A stretch of 64,000 bases of DNA from Candidatus Amesbacteria bacterium. Lineage in GTDB: Bacteria > Patescibacteriota > Microgenomatia > CAZETR01 > Amesbacteraceae. Shown one piece after another: positions 56,284 to 64,000 of the stretch. Position 1 is the stretch's first letter. Each line of letters opens with the position of its first letter. Where the stretch lies: contig CAVTQH010000003.1 of the NCBI GenBank assembly GCA_963736875.1, positions 1,756 through 65,755 on the forward strand, read 5' to 3'. A program made the position numbers and the translations under genes. A model generated the notes under the pieces. The model searched no databases. It had not been told where the DNA came from and was given only the letters and a program-made list of their open reading frames with translations.

Positions 56284-58662
56284 TCAGAGCAGGGGATACC
56301 CGGATAGGAAAAGCATTTCCCCGGCCACGATCGAATCAGTCCACCAGATATAGCCGGGATCGCTGCGGTTGTTCTGGTCAAATGTGGGTATGTTAATAGG
56401 ATTGGATTTGACGTAGTTTGAAACCAGGCCGTTAAAGAGAATAAAGCGCTTATTAATATAATCAGAAAAACTGAAAGGCAGTGTGGTCCGGGTGGAAAAA
56501 TAAATTATAACCGGTTCACCGCTTTGATACGGAGTATTGGTAACACCGGTCCAGTCACCAAGGGGAGAATTTATATATTGGTAAGCATTGGGATCTATAT
56601 ATCTGACCCAGGTCTTGAATGAGTCGGTAATATGGTGGGTGAATTCAGCCGGAACAGCCTGGTTGATTGCCTGATAGCTAATGCCACCACGGATAAGCTC
56701 GAACATTACGCCCGACTGATATGAAGGGTTTAATTGATTATGGTTATCAAAACGAAAATCGTTGTATGCGGTGGAGGTTTTGGTTTCACATAAGCCGGGA
56801 TCGCCGGAAACGGTAATTGAGTGGTAGGCATAACACTTAGCCAAATCAGCTAATATACTGCGGTTGGATACATCGGGAAAATAATTCGTGGTTTCTGCCA
56901 AAACCAGAGCATGCCAACCGTTTTCTTCACCTTTGGTGTCCGATGTTTTGCCGGTATCCGGCATCCGGGTAATCAAAAGATTGTCGAAAATGCTGGTTCC
57001 GGTCAAACCCCAGGTGCTGACTATCTGGATCATATTGGAATTTAACTGGGTGGAGTTAACACCGATATATTGTCCGTCAATATATCCTGAAACACCGATT
57101 TTTTCGGAAGCCAGACCACAGCAGTTGCTGCTTAAGGATAGGGAAAATTTATGCCATCCCGCAGACCTTCTGATTGCGGTAGGCTGCATATTACCGACCG
57201 AATTGATGCGGAAAAGGTAATAGTCTTTTGAAATTGAGGTGTTGACTCCGATTCCGGTATTTTGAGCATTTGCATTGGAGGCAAGAAGAAACATAACCCC
57301 TTTTTTCAAACTCATATCATCATAAAACCAGATGGTGGCTTTGAGACTGGGTGCCGAATCGTATACAGGCAGCATCTTTTTGATGCTGACCAAATTATTT
57401 CCGGTTCCGTCAGGATAATTGATTACCAGTCCGGGTGACCCGTTTTGGCCCTTTCCGGGAGTGATTACGGCAGTATTAATATTTACCGGCGTACTGGAAT
57501 TGATCCAGCCGGATAGCGGAGATGTATTGAAATCATCCCTGGCTAAAATATAAGTTTGGATTTGGGAAAAGAGGATGTTTTTAGCTTTTTGGATTGTTGA
57601 TGCATCCAGATCCGGTTTGAGTAGATTCAGAGCACCTGAAAGCTGAGCCAGGTATGCTCCCCGGGCCCAATATTTTCCGTCACTATCCGTATTCCAATTA
57701 CCGCGGTTTAGAGCATCGGAAAAAAGAGATTTAGCCCGGTTAACGGCCGTTAAATTATTTACCCGTTTACCGTATGCATAAAACGCGGTAGAAGTGTTTA
57801 AGAGAGCCCGAAGATCATTAGCATGAGTCCGGGTGCCCAATTGGGAATATATCGGGGAAAAATCGGTATTTCCGTAGATGTTATAGAAGGTTTGCAGAAC
57901 GCGAAATATGTTATTAGTTGCGGACAAACTGTCCATTTGAATTACAGACGCCTCGTCGAATAATGACTTCCCATACAAACCCCAGGTGGCAATATACGAC
58001 ACCAGGTTGAATTGTTTTTGGGTTGTGTTAACCATTAAAGTCCGGTCAGCCCTGTAAATGAAGGTATTGTCGATTTTTGCGTATGTGCCTTTATCCGTGA
58101 CTATCAGCTCGAGAATATGCCAGCCCAAGGTCCGGGGAATACCGGAGTCCAGCATCTGATCGTAAGTGTTTAACCGAAAAAGATATTTTGTAGGTGAAAT
58201 GTTTGTATTTATGACCAGGGCAGTATTTTGACTTTGATTGTTTTGGTTAGTTATCAGGAAAGACACTCCTTTGGTTGCGGACATATCATCATAAAATGCG
58301 GTTTTAACAACCATATTGGTTACAGGACCGGAAGAAATAGTTCTGTCTGCCCGCAGAAACTGGTTATTGCTATAGTCCTTATAGTCAAACTGCAGACTTC
58401 CGGAACCTTTATAAGCATTAGGGGATATGGTGATTTTGTTGGTAGTGTTATTTTGATTCAGTGTCCAATTGGACAAGACAGACGGTGTATCGAAGTGTTC
58501 ATCAAGTAACACCGGTTGAACAGGAATGGGAGCGGGCGGGATGGTATATGCAGAAGAAGTGACTCTGGAATACATGCCCTTCTGTACGATGTAGGCAGTA
58601 GTTAATGCAGATAGTAAAAGGAAAACGAAAACCGGGAGTTTGGTGATTAACGCTTTTTTCAT
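56284..58662 (-). CDS. Large secreted hypothetical protein (792 aa) with a signal peptide and two tandem ~130-aa lectin/LamG-like beta-sandwich repeats.
   Basis: N-terminal MKKALITKLPVFVFLLLSALTTAYI. Internal duplication (..FYDDMSATKGVSFLITNQNN..YIATWGLYGKSLFDEASV.. vs ..FYDDMSLKKGVMFLLASNAN..IVSTWGLTGTSIFDNLLI..). Confidence 0.5.
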   Translation of the reverse strand: MKKALITKLPVFVFLLLSALTTAYIVQKGMYSRVTSSAYTIPPAPIPVQPVLLDEHFDTPSVLSNWTLNQNNTTNKITISPNAYKGSGSLQFDYKDYSNNQFLRADRTISSGPVTNMVVKTAFYDDMSATKGVSFLITNQNNQSQNTALVINTNISPTKYLFRLNTYDQMLDSGIPRTLGWHILELIVTDKGTYAKIDNTFIYRADRTLMVNTTQKQFNLVSYIATWGLYGKSLFDEASVIQMDSLSATNNIFRVLQTFYNIYGNTDFSPIYSQLGTRTHANDLRALLNTSTAFYAYGKRVNNLTAVNRAKSLFSDALNRGNWNTDSDGKYWARGAYLAQLSGALNLLKPDLDASTIQKAKNILFSQIQTYILARDDFNTSPLSGWINSSTPVNINTAVITPGKGQNGSPGLVINYPDGTGNNLVSIKKMLPVYDSAPSLKATIWFYDDMSLKKGVMFLLASNANAQNTGIGVNTSISKDYYLFRINSVGNMQPTAIRRSAGWHKFSLSLSSNCCGLASEKIGVSGYIDGQYIGVNSTQLNSNMIQIVSTWGLTGTSIFDNLLITRMPDTGKTSDTKGEENGWHALVLAETTNYFPDVSNRSILADLAKCYAYHSITVSGDPGLCETKTSTAYNDFRFDNHNQLNPSYQSGVMFELIRGGISYQAINQAVPAEFTHHITDSFKTWVRYIDPNAYQYINSPLGDWTGVTNTPYQSGEPVIIYFSTRTTLPFSFSDYINKRFILFNGLVSNYVKSNPINIPTFDQNNRSDPGYIWWTDSIVAGEMLFLSGYPLL

Positions 58663-58741
58663 TCTGGCTATTACATATTCATGCTATATCAAGCACCCGG
58701 AATATTCAATTTTGTTCAATCACAAGTGATACACTTTAAGA

Positions 58742-59356
58742 GTGAAGAAGAGTGGGGTAAAGCCAAAGAGCCTGACGGCTGAGTATTTGCGAAAAGTCGG
58801 GGTTAAGGAAGTGCTGATTCCTGGGTTGCTTTTAGCCGGAGTACTGGGTTGGCGGGGATGGGAAACAATGAAAACTAATTATTATTCAAACCCGCGGATT
58901 TTTCCGGCAACCGGGGTGGTGAGAACAATCTTTGACGGCGATACATTTGAACTCCAAAACGGGGTAAGGGTGAGGATGATCGGAATAAATGCCCCAGACC
59001 GGGGACAGAAAATGTATGATGAAGCAGCCGGAAAATTAGGCGGTTTGGTTGAAAACAGAAGAGTCTGGCTGGAATATGACCGGTATCAGGATGATAAAAA
59101 CGGCCGGGTATTGGCCTGGGTCTGGGTGCAATGTGAAGGGGAACCAAAATTTACCCCTGCGGATTACATGCATCTGACTTACAACCGGTCCAGAGAAGGA
59201 CTGACAGAAAATCCAGCCGGGTGCATAAAAGGTAAATTGGTACAGGAGGAATTGGTTCGAGCGGGCTTGGCCACAGGGGAAGCATACAAAGACCGGGGTG
59301 AACTAAAATACGAAGAGAGGATCAGAAAGTCAGATCTATTTGCGGGCGGAAAATGA
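58742..59356 (+). CDS. Thermonuclease / staphylococcal-nuclease-like (SNase) family protein, membrane-anchored.
   Basis: ..IFDGDTFELQNGVRVRMIGINAPD.. and ..GRVLAWVWV.. are SNase fold motifs. N-terminal TM. Confidence 0.7.
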   Translation: MKKSGVKPKSLTAEYLRKVGVKEVLIPGLLLAGVLGWRGWETMKTNYYSNPRIFPATGVVRTIFDGDTFELQNGVRVRMIGINAPDRGQKMYDEAAGKLGGLVENRRVWLEYDRYQDDKNGRVLAWVWVQCEGEPKFTPADYMHLTYNRSREGLTENPAGCIKGKLVQEELVRAGLATGEAYKDRGELKYEERIRKSDLFAGGK

Positions 59357-60121
59357 CTTTACGAGGTAAGTAACCAGAAAGAAACCGATGCCGGTGAGAA
59401 CAACAATAGGACCGGGGGAAATACGGCAGAGATCGGCTATTAAAAGACCGAAAACGGCTGAGGCAACCCCGAAAAAGGTTGACCAGAAATAGTAACTTTT
59501 CAAACCCCGGCTGATGTTTTTTGCCGAAGCTGCGGGAATGATCACCAAAGCACCCATCAGAAGGGTACCGACAAATTTGACGCCTATAGCAACGACTGTT
59601 CCAACTAAAAGCAGATATATGAGATTTGTTGACGAGACCGAAGTTTTAAGAGATTGGGCCAGTTCTTCGGAGATGGTGGACAGAACGAGCTTTTTGGAAA
59701 TTGTGGCGGTAACCAGGATGACGACAAGAGACAGGCAAATAGCAGCAATCGATTCAATAACGGAAAGAGTACGGATATTACCGAAAAGAGCTTCCAAAAG
59801 CTCGGGCTCGGGGGTAACCAGAATACCGATAGCCAGGCTGGCGGTGAAAAAGATACCGACCAAGGCTTCTGGGTAGAGAGTCGAAGTTTTTTGGAAATAC
59901 CAAATTCCGATGACGGCAATCACCAGGGCGATAAATGCACCCAGTATGGGAGAGGAGTTTAAAGCCAAAGCAATGGCCATGCCGGGAAGAGCTACGTGGG
60001 AGAGAGCATCACCGACCAAAGACATGCGTTTGATGACCATGAAGGAACCCAGGTATCCGGCGGCTGCCCCGACAAAAGCCCCGGTAAGAAAAAGAATCAG
60101 TAATGGTAAAGAATCGATCAT
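59336..60121 (-). CDS. Metal ABC transporter permease (ABC-3 family, ZnuB/MntB-like).
   Basis: 8-TM-type 261-aa protein with ..MSLVGDALSHVALPGMA.. Confidence 0.75.
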   Translation of the reverse strand: MIDSLPLLILFLTGAFVGAAAGYLGSFMVIKRMSLVGDALSHVALPGMAIALALNSSPILGAFIALVIAVIGIWYFQKTSTLYPEALVGIFFTASLAIGILVTPEPELLEALFGNIRTLSVIESIAAICLSLVVILVTATISKKLVLSTISEELAQSLKTSVSSTNLIYLLLVGTVVAIGVKFVGTLLMGALVIIPAASAKNISRGLKSYYFWSTFFGVASAVFGLLIADLCRISPGPIVVLTGIGFFLVTYLVKSFSARK

Positions 60122-60816
60122 ACCAGGTGCTGATGATGGTAAATACTGGTGTGTTCACCGAAAAGCCTAGACAGGGCATCCTGGGTGAGAGCCTGGTGGG
60201 GAGGGCCGTAACACAGCCCTTCTTTGTTTAAACATAAAACGTTGGTGGCATAACGGTAAACAACCTGAAGTTCGTGGGAGATGAGAATGAGAGTCAGACC
60301 TTCCTGGTCCTGAAGTTTTTTTAGCAGACTGTAAATAGATTCTTCGGCCGAGAGATCCACACCCGTGGTAGGTTCATCAAAAAGCAGAATATCAGGATGG
60401 CCTGCCAAAGCCCAGGCGATTAAGACCCGCTGCAGCTGGCCGCCGGAGAGGATCCCCAGTTTGCTGTTTAAAATTTCGTGGGGGTCGGTGAAACCGACAG
60501 CGGTTAACACCCGGTGAGTTTCCTCAGGATGCACGTTTTTGAGTGTAAAAAATTCGGCGGCGGTTAAAGGCAGGTCGGATTCGATATAAAGCCTTTGGGG
60601 AACATAACCAATGCTGATTTGGGGAGCCCACCGGATTTTACCGGTGTAGGAAATCAGGCCAAGGAGAGTTCTGAAAAGCACTGTTTTTCCGGCACCATTG
60701 GGACCGATGATAGCCAGAGTTTCGCCTTTTTGGACATTAAAATCGAGGTTATCGATAACCAGATTTCCGTTGAGCTCGACTTTGAGACGGGAAACTTGGA
60801 GTAGAGGCGCAGCCAT
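60118..60816 (-). CDS. Metal ABC transporter ATP-binding protein (ZnuC/MntA-like).
   Basis: Walker A GPNGAGKTVL, LSGGQLQRVLIAWAL signature, ILLFDEPTTGVD Walker B. Overlaps the permease start. Confidence 0.8.
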   Translation of the reverse strand: MAAPLLQVSRLKVELNGNLVIDNLDFNVQKGETLAIIGPNGAGKTVLFRTLLGLISYTGKIRWAPQISIGYVPQRLYIESDLPLTAAEFFTLKNVHPEETHRVLTAVGFTDPHEILNSKLGILSGGQLQRVLIAWALAGHPDILLFDEPTTGVDLSAEESIYSLLKKLQDQEGLTLILISHELQVVYRYATNVLCLNKEGLCYGPPHQALTQDALSRLFGEHTSIYHHQHLV

Positions 60817-60895
60817 ACGAATTATTATAGGTGATACAAGACCTTTTTGTGTACCTCACTGGTTAGAAGTATAATTTCAGTGAAGGATTTGATAT

Positions 60896-62332
60896 ATGAA
60901 TGACGAAAAAGTAAAAAAATACAGCGAAGAACTGGACCGGTTGCGGATTGAACATCAGGTGTTCGAGCACCCGTATTTGACAGAAGCAGATAAAGTGCAG
61001 GAATACCTGGGGGATAATTTGTCCGGCAGCTGCCCGACCCTGATTTTTAAAGCAGGTGATAAGTTTGTCGCCTTGATAAAAAGAGGCGAGATAAAAATAA
61101 ATTCAGGGAAACTTAAAAAGGTTTTAGGAGTAAACAATTTGAGAATGGCCAATAAAGAAGAATTTGAAAGTTTAACCGGAGTTCCGGTCGGAGCAGCGAG
61201 AGTTTTTAATCCGGGAATACCCACATATCTAGACAAAAGTATATTCGGAAAAGACTACTTAAACGGTGGTACGGGGAGTTTTTTGGTAACTTTTAAATAT
61301 AAAACCGGAGATTTGAGGAAGATCCCCGGGGTTACCGAAGTTGAAGTGACTGAAGGGGGAAGGAAGAGAATTTTTGCCGGGATGAGACCAACCGGCCGGC
61401 TGCATCTGGGTAATTACCTGGGAGGAGCCAAGGGAATGCTGGAACTGCAGAGTAACCCGGAATATGAAACCACTTTTATGGTAGTGGATTTGCATGGGAT
61501 AACCACTCCCTATGATAAGGACAAATTTCAGGAAAGTATTAAGAATGTGATGCAGGATTATCTGGCAATCGGATTGGATCCGGAAAAGTCCGTATTAACG
61601 GTGCAGTCGAAAGTCCCGGAACATCTGGAGCTGGCATATTTGCTGTCCACGGTAACGACCATTGCCAAAATGTCACATCTGCCGACTTACAAGGAAAAAG
61701 TGAAACAATATCCGGAATACAATACCATGGCGCTTTTAAACTATCCGGTGCTGATGGCGGCGGATATTATGATTTATAAAGCAGAGCTGGTGCCGGTAGG
61801 GATTGATCAGGAACCACATCTGGAAATAACCCGGGAGATTGTGCGAAGAATGAACCATGATTTCGGAACGGATTTTCCGGAACCTGTTAGGTTTGCCACC
61901 AAGGGGGAATATGTACCGGCATTGACCGGCGACGGGAAGATGAGTAAGTCGGTGGAAGGAAGTTATATTTCTTTAACTGATGATCTGCAGACTATTATGG
62001 GCAAAATTGCCAGAATGCCGACGGATGCCGGTGGTCCGGGGGATGTACCAAAAGAAGGACCGGTAGCAAATATATTTAAGTATATTGAGCTATTCCGGTC
62101 CAACAGACTGGAATATTATGCCGGGCTTTATGAACAGGGGAAGTTGCGGTATGCGGAGGTGAAGGAAGATTTGTCCCGGGCAATTTTTGATGAATTAAAA
62201 CCGATACAGGAAAGGAGAGAAAAAATCTCCGGGGAGTATGTAGAAAAAGTGATAAAGGAGGGGGCGGAGAAAGCCAGAGTGAAAGCCCAGGCTACTTTGA
62301 AGGAAGTTAAAGCGAAGATGGGACTGATATGA
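60896..62332 (+). CDS. trpS: Tryptophan--tRNA ligase with an N-terminal YbaK/ProX-like (aminoacyl-tRNA deacylase fold) domain of ~160 aa.
   Basis: Residues ~15-160 read HQVFEHPYLTEAD..TLIFKAGDKFVALIKRGEIKINSGKLKKVLGV..LTGVPVGAARVF..YLNGGTGSF (YbaK/ProX pattern). Then class I TrpRS: GMRPTGRLHLGNYLGG and KMSKS. 478 aa, versus ~330 aa for a typical TrpRS. Confidence 0.75.
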   Translation: MNDEKVKKYSEELDRLRIEHQVFEHPYLTEADKVQEYLGDNLSGSCPTLIFKAGDKFVALIKRGEIKINSGKLKKVLGVNNLRMANKEEFESLTGVPVGAARVFNPGIPTYLDKSIFGKDYLNGGTGSFLVTFKYKTGDLRKIPGVTEVEVTEGGRKRIFAGMRPTGRLHLGNYLGGAKGMLELQSNPEYETTFMVVDLHGITTPYDKDKFQESIKNVMQDYLAIGLDPEKSVLTVQSKVPEHLELAYLLSTVTTIAKMSHLPTYKEKVKQYPEYNTMALLNYPVLMAADIMIYKAELVPVGIDQEPHLEITREIVRRMNHDFGTDFPEPVRFATKGEYVPALTGDGKMSKSVEGSYISLTDDLQTIMGKIARMPTDAGGPGDVPKEGPVANIFKYIELFRSNRLEYYAGLYEQGKLRYAEVKEDLSRAIFDELKPIQERREKISGEYVEKVIKEGAEKARVKAQATLKEVKAKMGLI

Positions 62333-62652
62333 TTACAATTGAAGATTTTGCCAAAATAGAAGTTAAGGTAGGATTGGTGACAGAGGCCTCGGATGTGGAA
62401 AACAGCAATAAACTCATCAGACTGACGGTGGAAGTAGGGGAAGAAAAACTGAGAACAATTTTTACCGGTGTGAGGACTTACGGTTATACTCCTGATGATT
62501 TTTTGAATAAAAAGTTCCTGTTTGTGATAAATCTGGAACCGAAGAAAATCATGGGTGAGGAGTCGCAGGGAATGATACTGGCTGTCGATTCCGACTCCAA
62601 GCCGGTCTTTGTTTCGGCTGAAGGGCTTCCCGTAGGCGCGAAGGTGAGGTAG
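62329..62652 (+). CDS. tRNA-binding protein, CsaA/Trbp111 (EMAP/MetG C-terminal-domain-like).
   Basis: MITIEDFAKIEVKVGLV..IRLTVEVGEEKLRTIFTGVRT.. (OB-fold tRNA-binding domain). Start overlaps the trpS stop. Confidence 0.7.
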   Translation: MITIEDFAKIEVKVGLVTEASDVENSNKLIRLTVEVGEEKLRTIFTGVRTYGYTPDDFLNKKFLFVINLEPKKIMGEESQGMILAVDSDSKPVFVSAEGLPVGAKVR

Positions 62653-62744
62653 AATAGCCCGGTCATGGCGAAATATAGTTTGAGTGGGAAAAAAGATGAG
62701 AAGAAAAACGGGGGGATCAGAAAAAGACTGCCGATAAAGGGAGT

Positions 62745-64000
62745 GGTGGTACAGATGCGGTTTGATTTCCAGAAACTTTTATGGCTTATGGTAGTGGTGC
62801 TGATGGTAATGTCTTTGGTTGAGCTGTGGAACAGCGGGGAGAAAGCCAGTATGGAAGTGCCTTTGTCTCAGGCTCTGGAGGACATCAAATCGGGAAAGAT
62901 AAATAAGGTGGAGGTATACAGCGATAAACTGTCGCTTTTTTACGTTGATAAGAAAGATGAGATATTTTCTTCCAGAAAAGAACCGACTGAAAGCTTTACC
63001 CAAATATTATCCGATTCCAAAATTGAACCGACGGCAGTCAATTATGAAATTAAAGACCAAACTTTGGGGCAATTGGTAGCAGCAGTTCTCCCCAGCATTA
63101 TCGGGACAGGTGTAGTACTTTTGGTAATTCTTTATATGTTCCGGCAAGCCCGGGGACAGCAGGATTCGATTTTTTCCTTCGGCCAGTCCAAAGCAAAACT
63201 TTTTGATAAAGGCAAACAGGCAGTGACATTTAAGGACGTGGCGGGTGTGGATGAAGCCAAGAAGGAACTGGAAGAAGTGGTAGACTTTTTGAAAAATCCG
63301 GGGAAATATAAAGCCCTCGGAGCCAGAACTCCGAAAGGGGTACTTTTAGTGGGGCTTTCTGGAGTGGGAAAGACGCTTTTGGCCCGGGCGGTGGCGGGGG
63401 AGGCGGGAGTGCCTTTTTTCTCCATGGCAGGATCGGAGTTTATGGAAATGCTGGTCGGAGTGGGATCTGCCCGGGTAAGAGATTTGTTTGCAACTGCCAA
63501 AAGAGCCGCGCCGTCAATAATTTTTATTGATGAAATTGACGCCATCGGCCGGCAAAGAGGGTTCGGGATTATGGGCGGACACGATGAGCGCGAGCAAACT
63601 CTGAATCAGATACTGGTTGAGATGGACGGATTTACCCAGAACGATAATGTGGTGGTACTGGCGGCTACCAACAGGGGAGATCTTCTGGATCCGGCGCTTT
63701 TACGACCCGGCCGGTTTGACCGGAGAGTGGTTGTGGATATGCCGGACATCGAAGGCCGGAAAGCGATTTTGTTAATTTATGCCAAGAACAAGCCGATTTC
63801 CAAGGATGTAAATTGGGAAGCAGTGGCCAGGAGGACGGTGGGCTTTTCCGGAGCGGATCTGGAAAATATGATGAACGAAGCGGCTATCCAGGTAGCCAGG
63901 GGAGGCAGAAAGGAACTGGATATGAAAGATATTGAAGAAGCGGCAACCAAAGTAAAACTGGGACCGCAGAAAAAACGGATACAAAGCGAGGAAGACCGGA
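62745..64000 (+). CDS. ftsH: ATP-dependent zinc metalloprotease FtsH, 5'-partial (runs off the window end).
   Basis: Manual translation from ATG 62745: N-terminal TM, then AAA+ motifs [39 protein letters not shown], ..[21 protein letters not shown]. No stop before 64000. Confidence 0.85.

Noticed and set aside
1-64000. CRISPR array.
   Set aside because: I found no regularly spaced direct repeats of 25-40 bp. The only short tandem repeats seen are (ttttcaa)x4 inside the PduO gene and a PGT-encoding triplet repeat near 6890-6915. Both are coding microsatellites.

Overview
This 64 kb window has about 50% GC and is densely coding. It looks like a reduced-genome bacterium, most plausibly Patescibacteria (CPR)-like. 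Supporting features: archaeal-type triosephosphate isomerase and DhnA-type aldolase, split transketolase, short phosphoglycerate kinase, group-3 [NiFe]-hydrogenase, DUF5667, and a LAGLIDADG homing-endonuclease gene.

Layout:
- 1-7.6 kb, minus strand: a tandem array of five paralogous TasA/camelysin-like genes. Each has a SipW-cognate-type signal peptide (..NAFFSDTETS..) and Cys-rich (MopE / Myxococcus Cys-rich repeat) or lamin-tail extensions. All five are broken by frameshifts.
- 7.6-9.3 kb: a Fic (AMPylase) gene, with an imperfect ~25-bp hairpin and a promoter/operator repeat array upstream.
- 9.3-20.4 kb: UppP, then a sugar-phosphate module (TpiA, RpiB, tandem Pgk paralogs, Gap, Rpe, LOG, split TktN/TktC with a GT39 glycosyltransferase between the halves). 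The 4.5-kb stretch 10.1-14.7 kb is bracketed by ~86-bp direct repeats.
- 22.3-35.8 kb: fermentative and redox genes. These are a class I aldolase, a PfkB kinase, an ADP-forming acetyl-CoA synthetase fused to a ferredoxin-NADP reductase (FNR)-like domain, 2-oxoacid:ferredoxin oxidoreductase alpha/gamma and beta subunits, a second FNR-like protein, ferredoxin, a group-3 [NiFe]-hydrogenase with its maturation protease, and SufC/SufBD.
- 36-43.7 kb: cell-wall genes (a beta-lactamase-like protein, GT4 and GT2 glycosyltransferases, two class-A PBPs).
- 45.3-49.3 kb: NrdR, NrdJ, a Nudix hydrolase and a PduO-type adenosyltransferase.
- 50-55 kb: a TraD/VirD4-like membrane ATPase; a low-GC LAGLIDADG-like ORF overlapping a perfect tRNA with anticodon UAU; a Xer-type tyrosine recombinase; an FtsB-like protein; a degenerate tRNA-like element.
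- 55.6-64 kb: a GIY-YIG protein, a candidate structured RNA with a tRNA-like CCA 3' end (possible tmRNA), a large secreted protein, SNase, a ZnuBC-like importer, a TrpRS carrying an N-terminal YbaK/ProX-like domain followed by CsaA, and the start of FtsH.

Many genes, including essential ones (Gap, Rpe, Tkt), carry apparent single-nucleotide frameshifts. These look like homopolymer indel errors in the assembly. No database searches were possible; all calls rest on motifs I recognise by eye.
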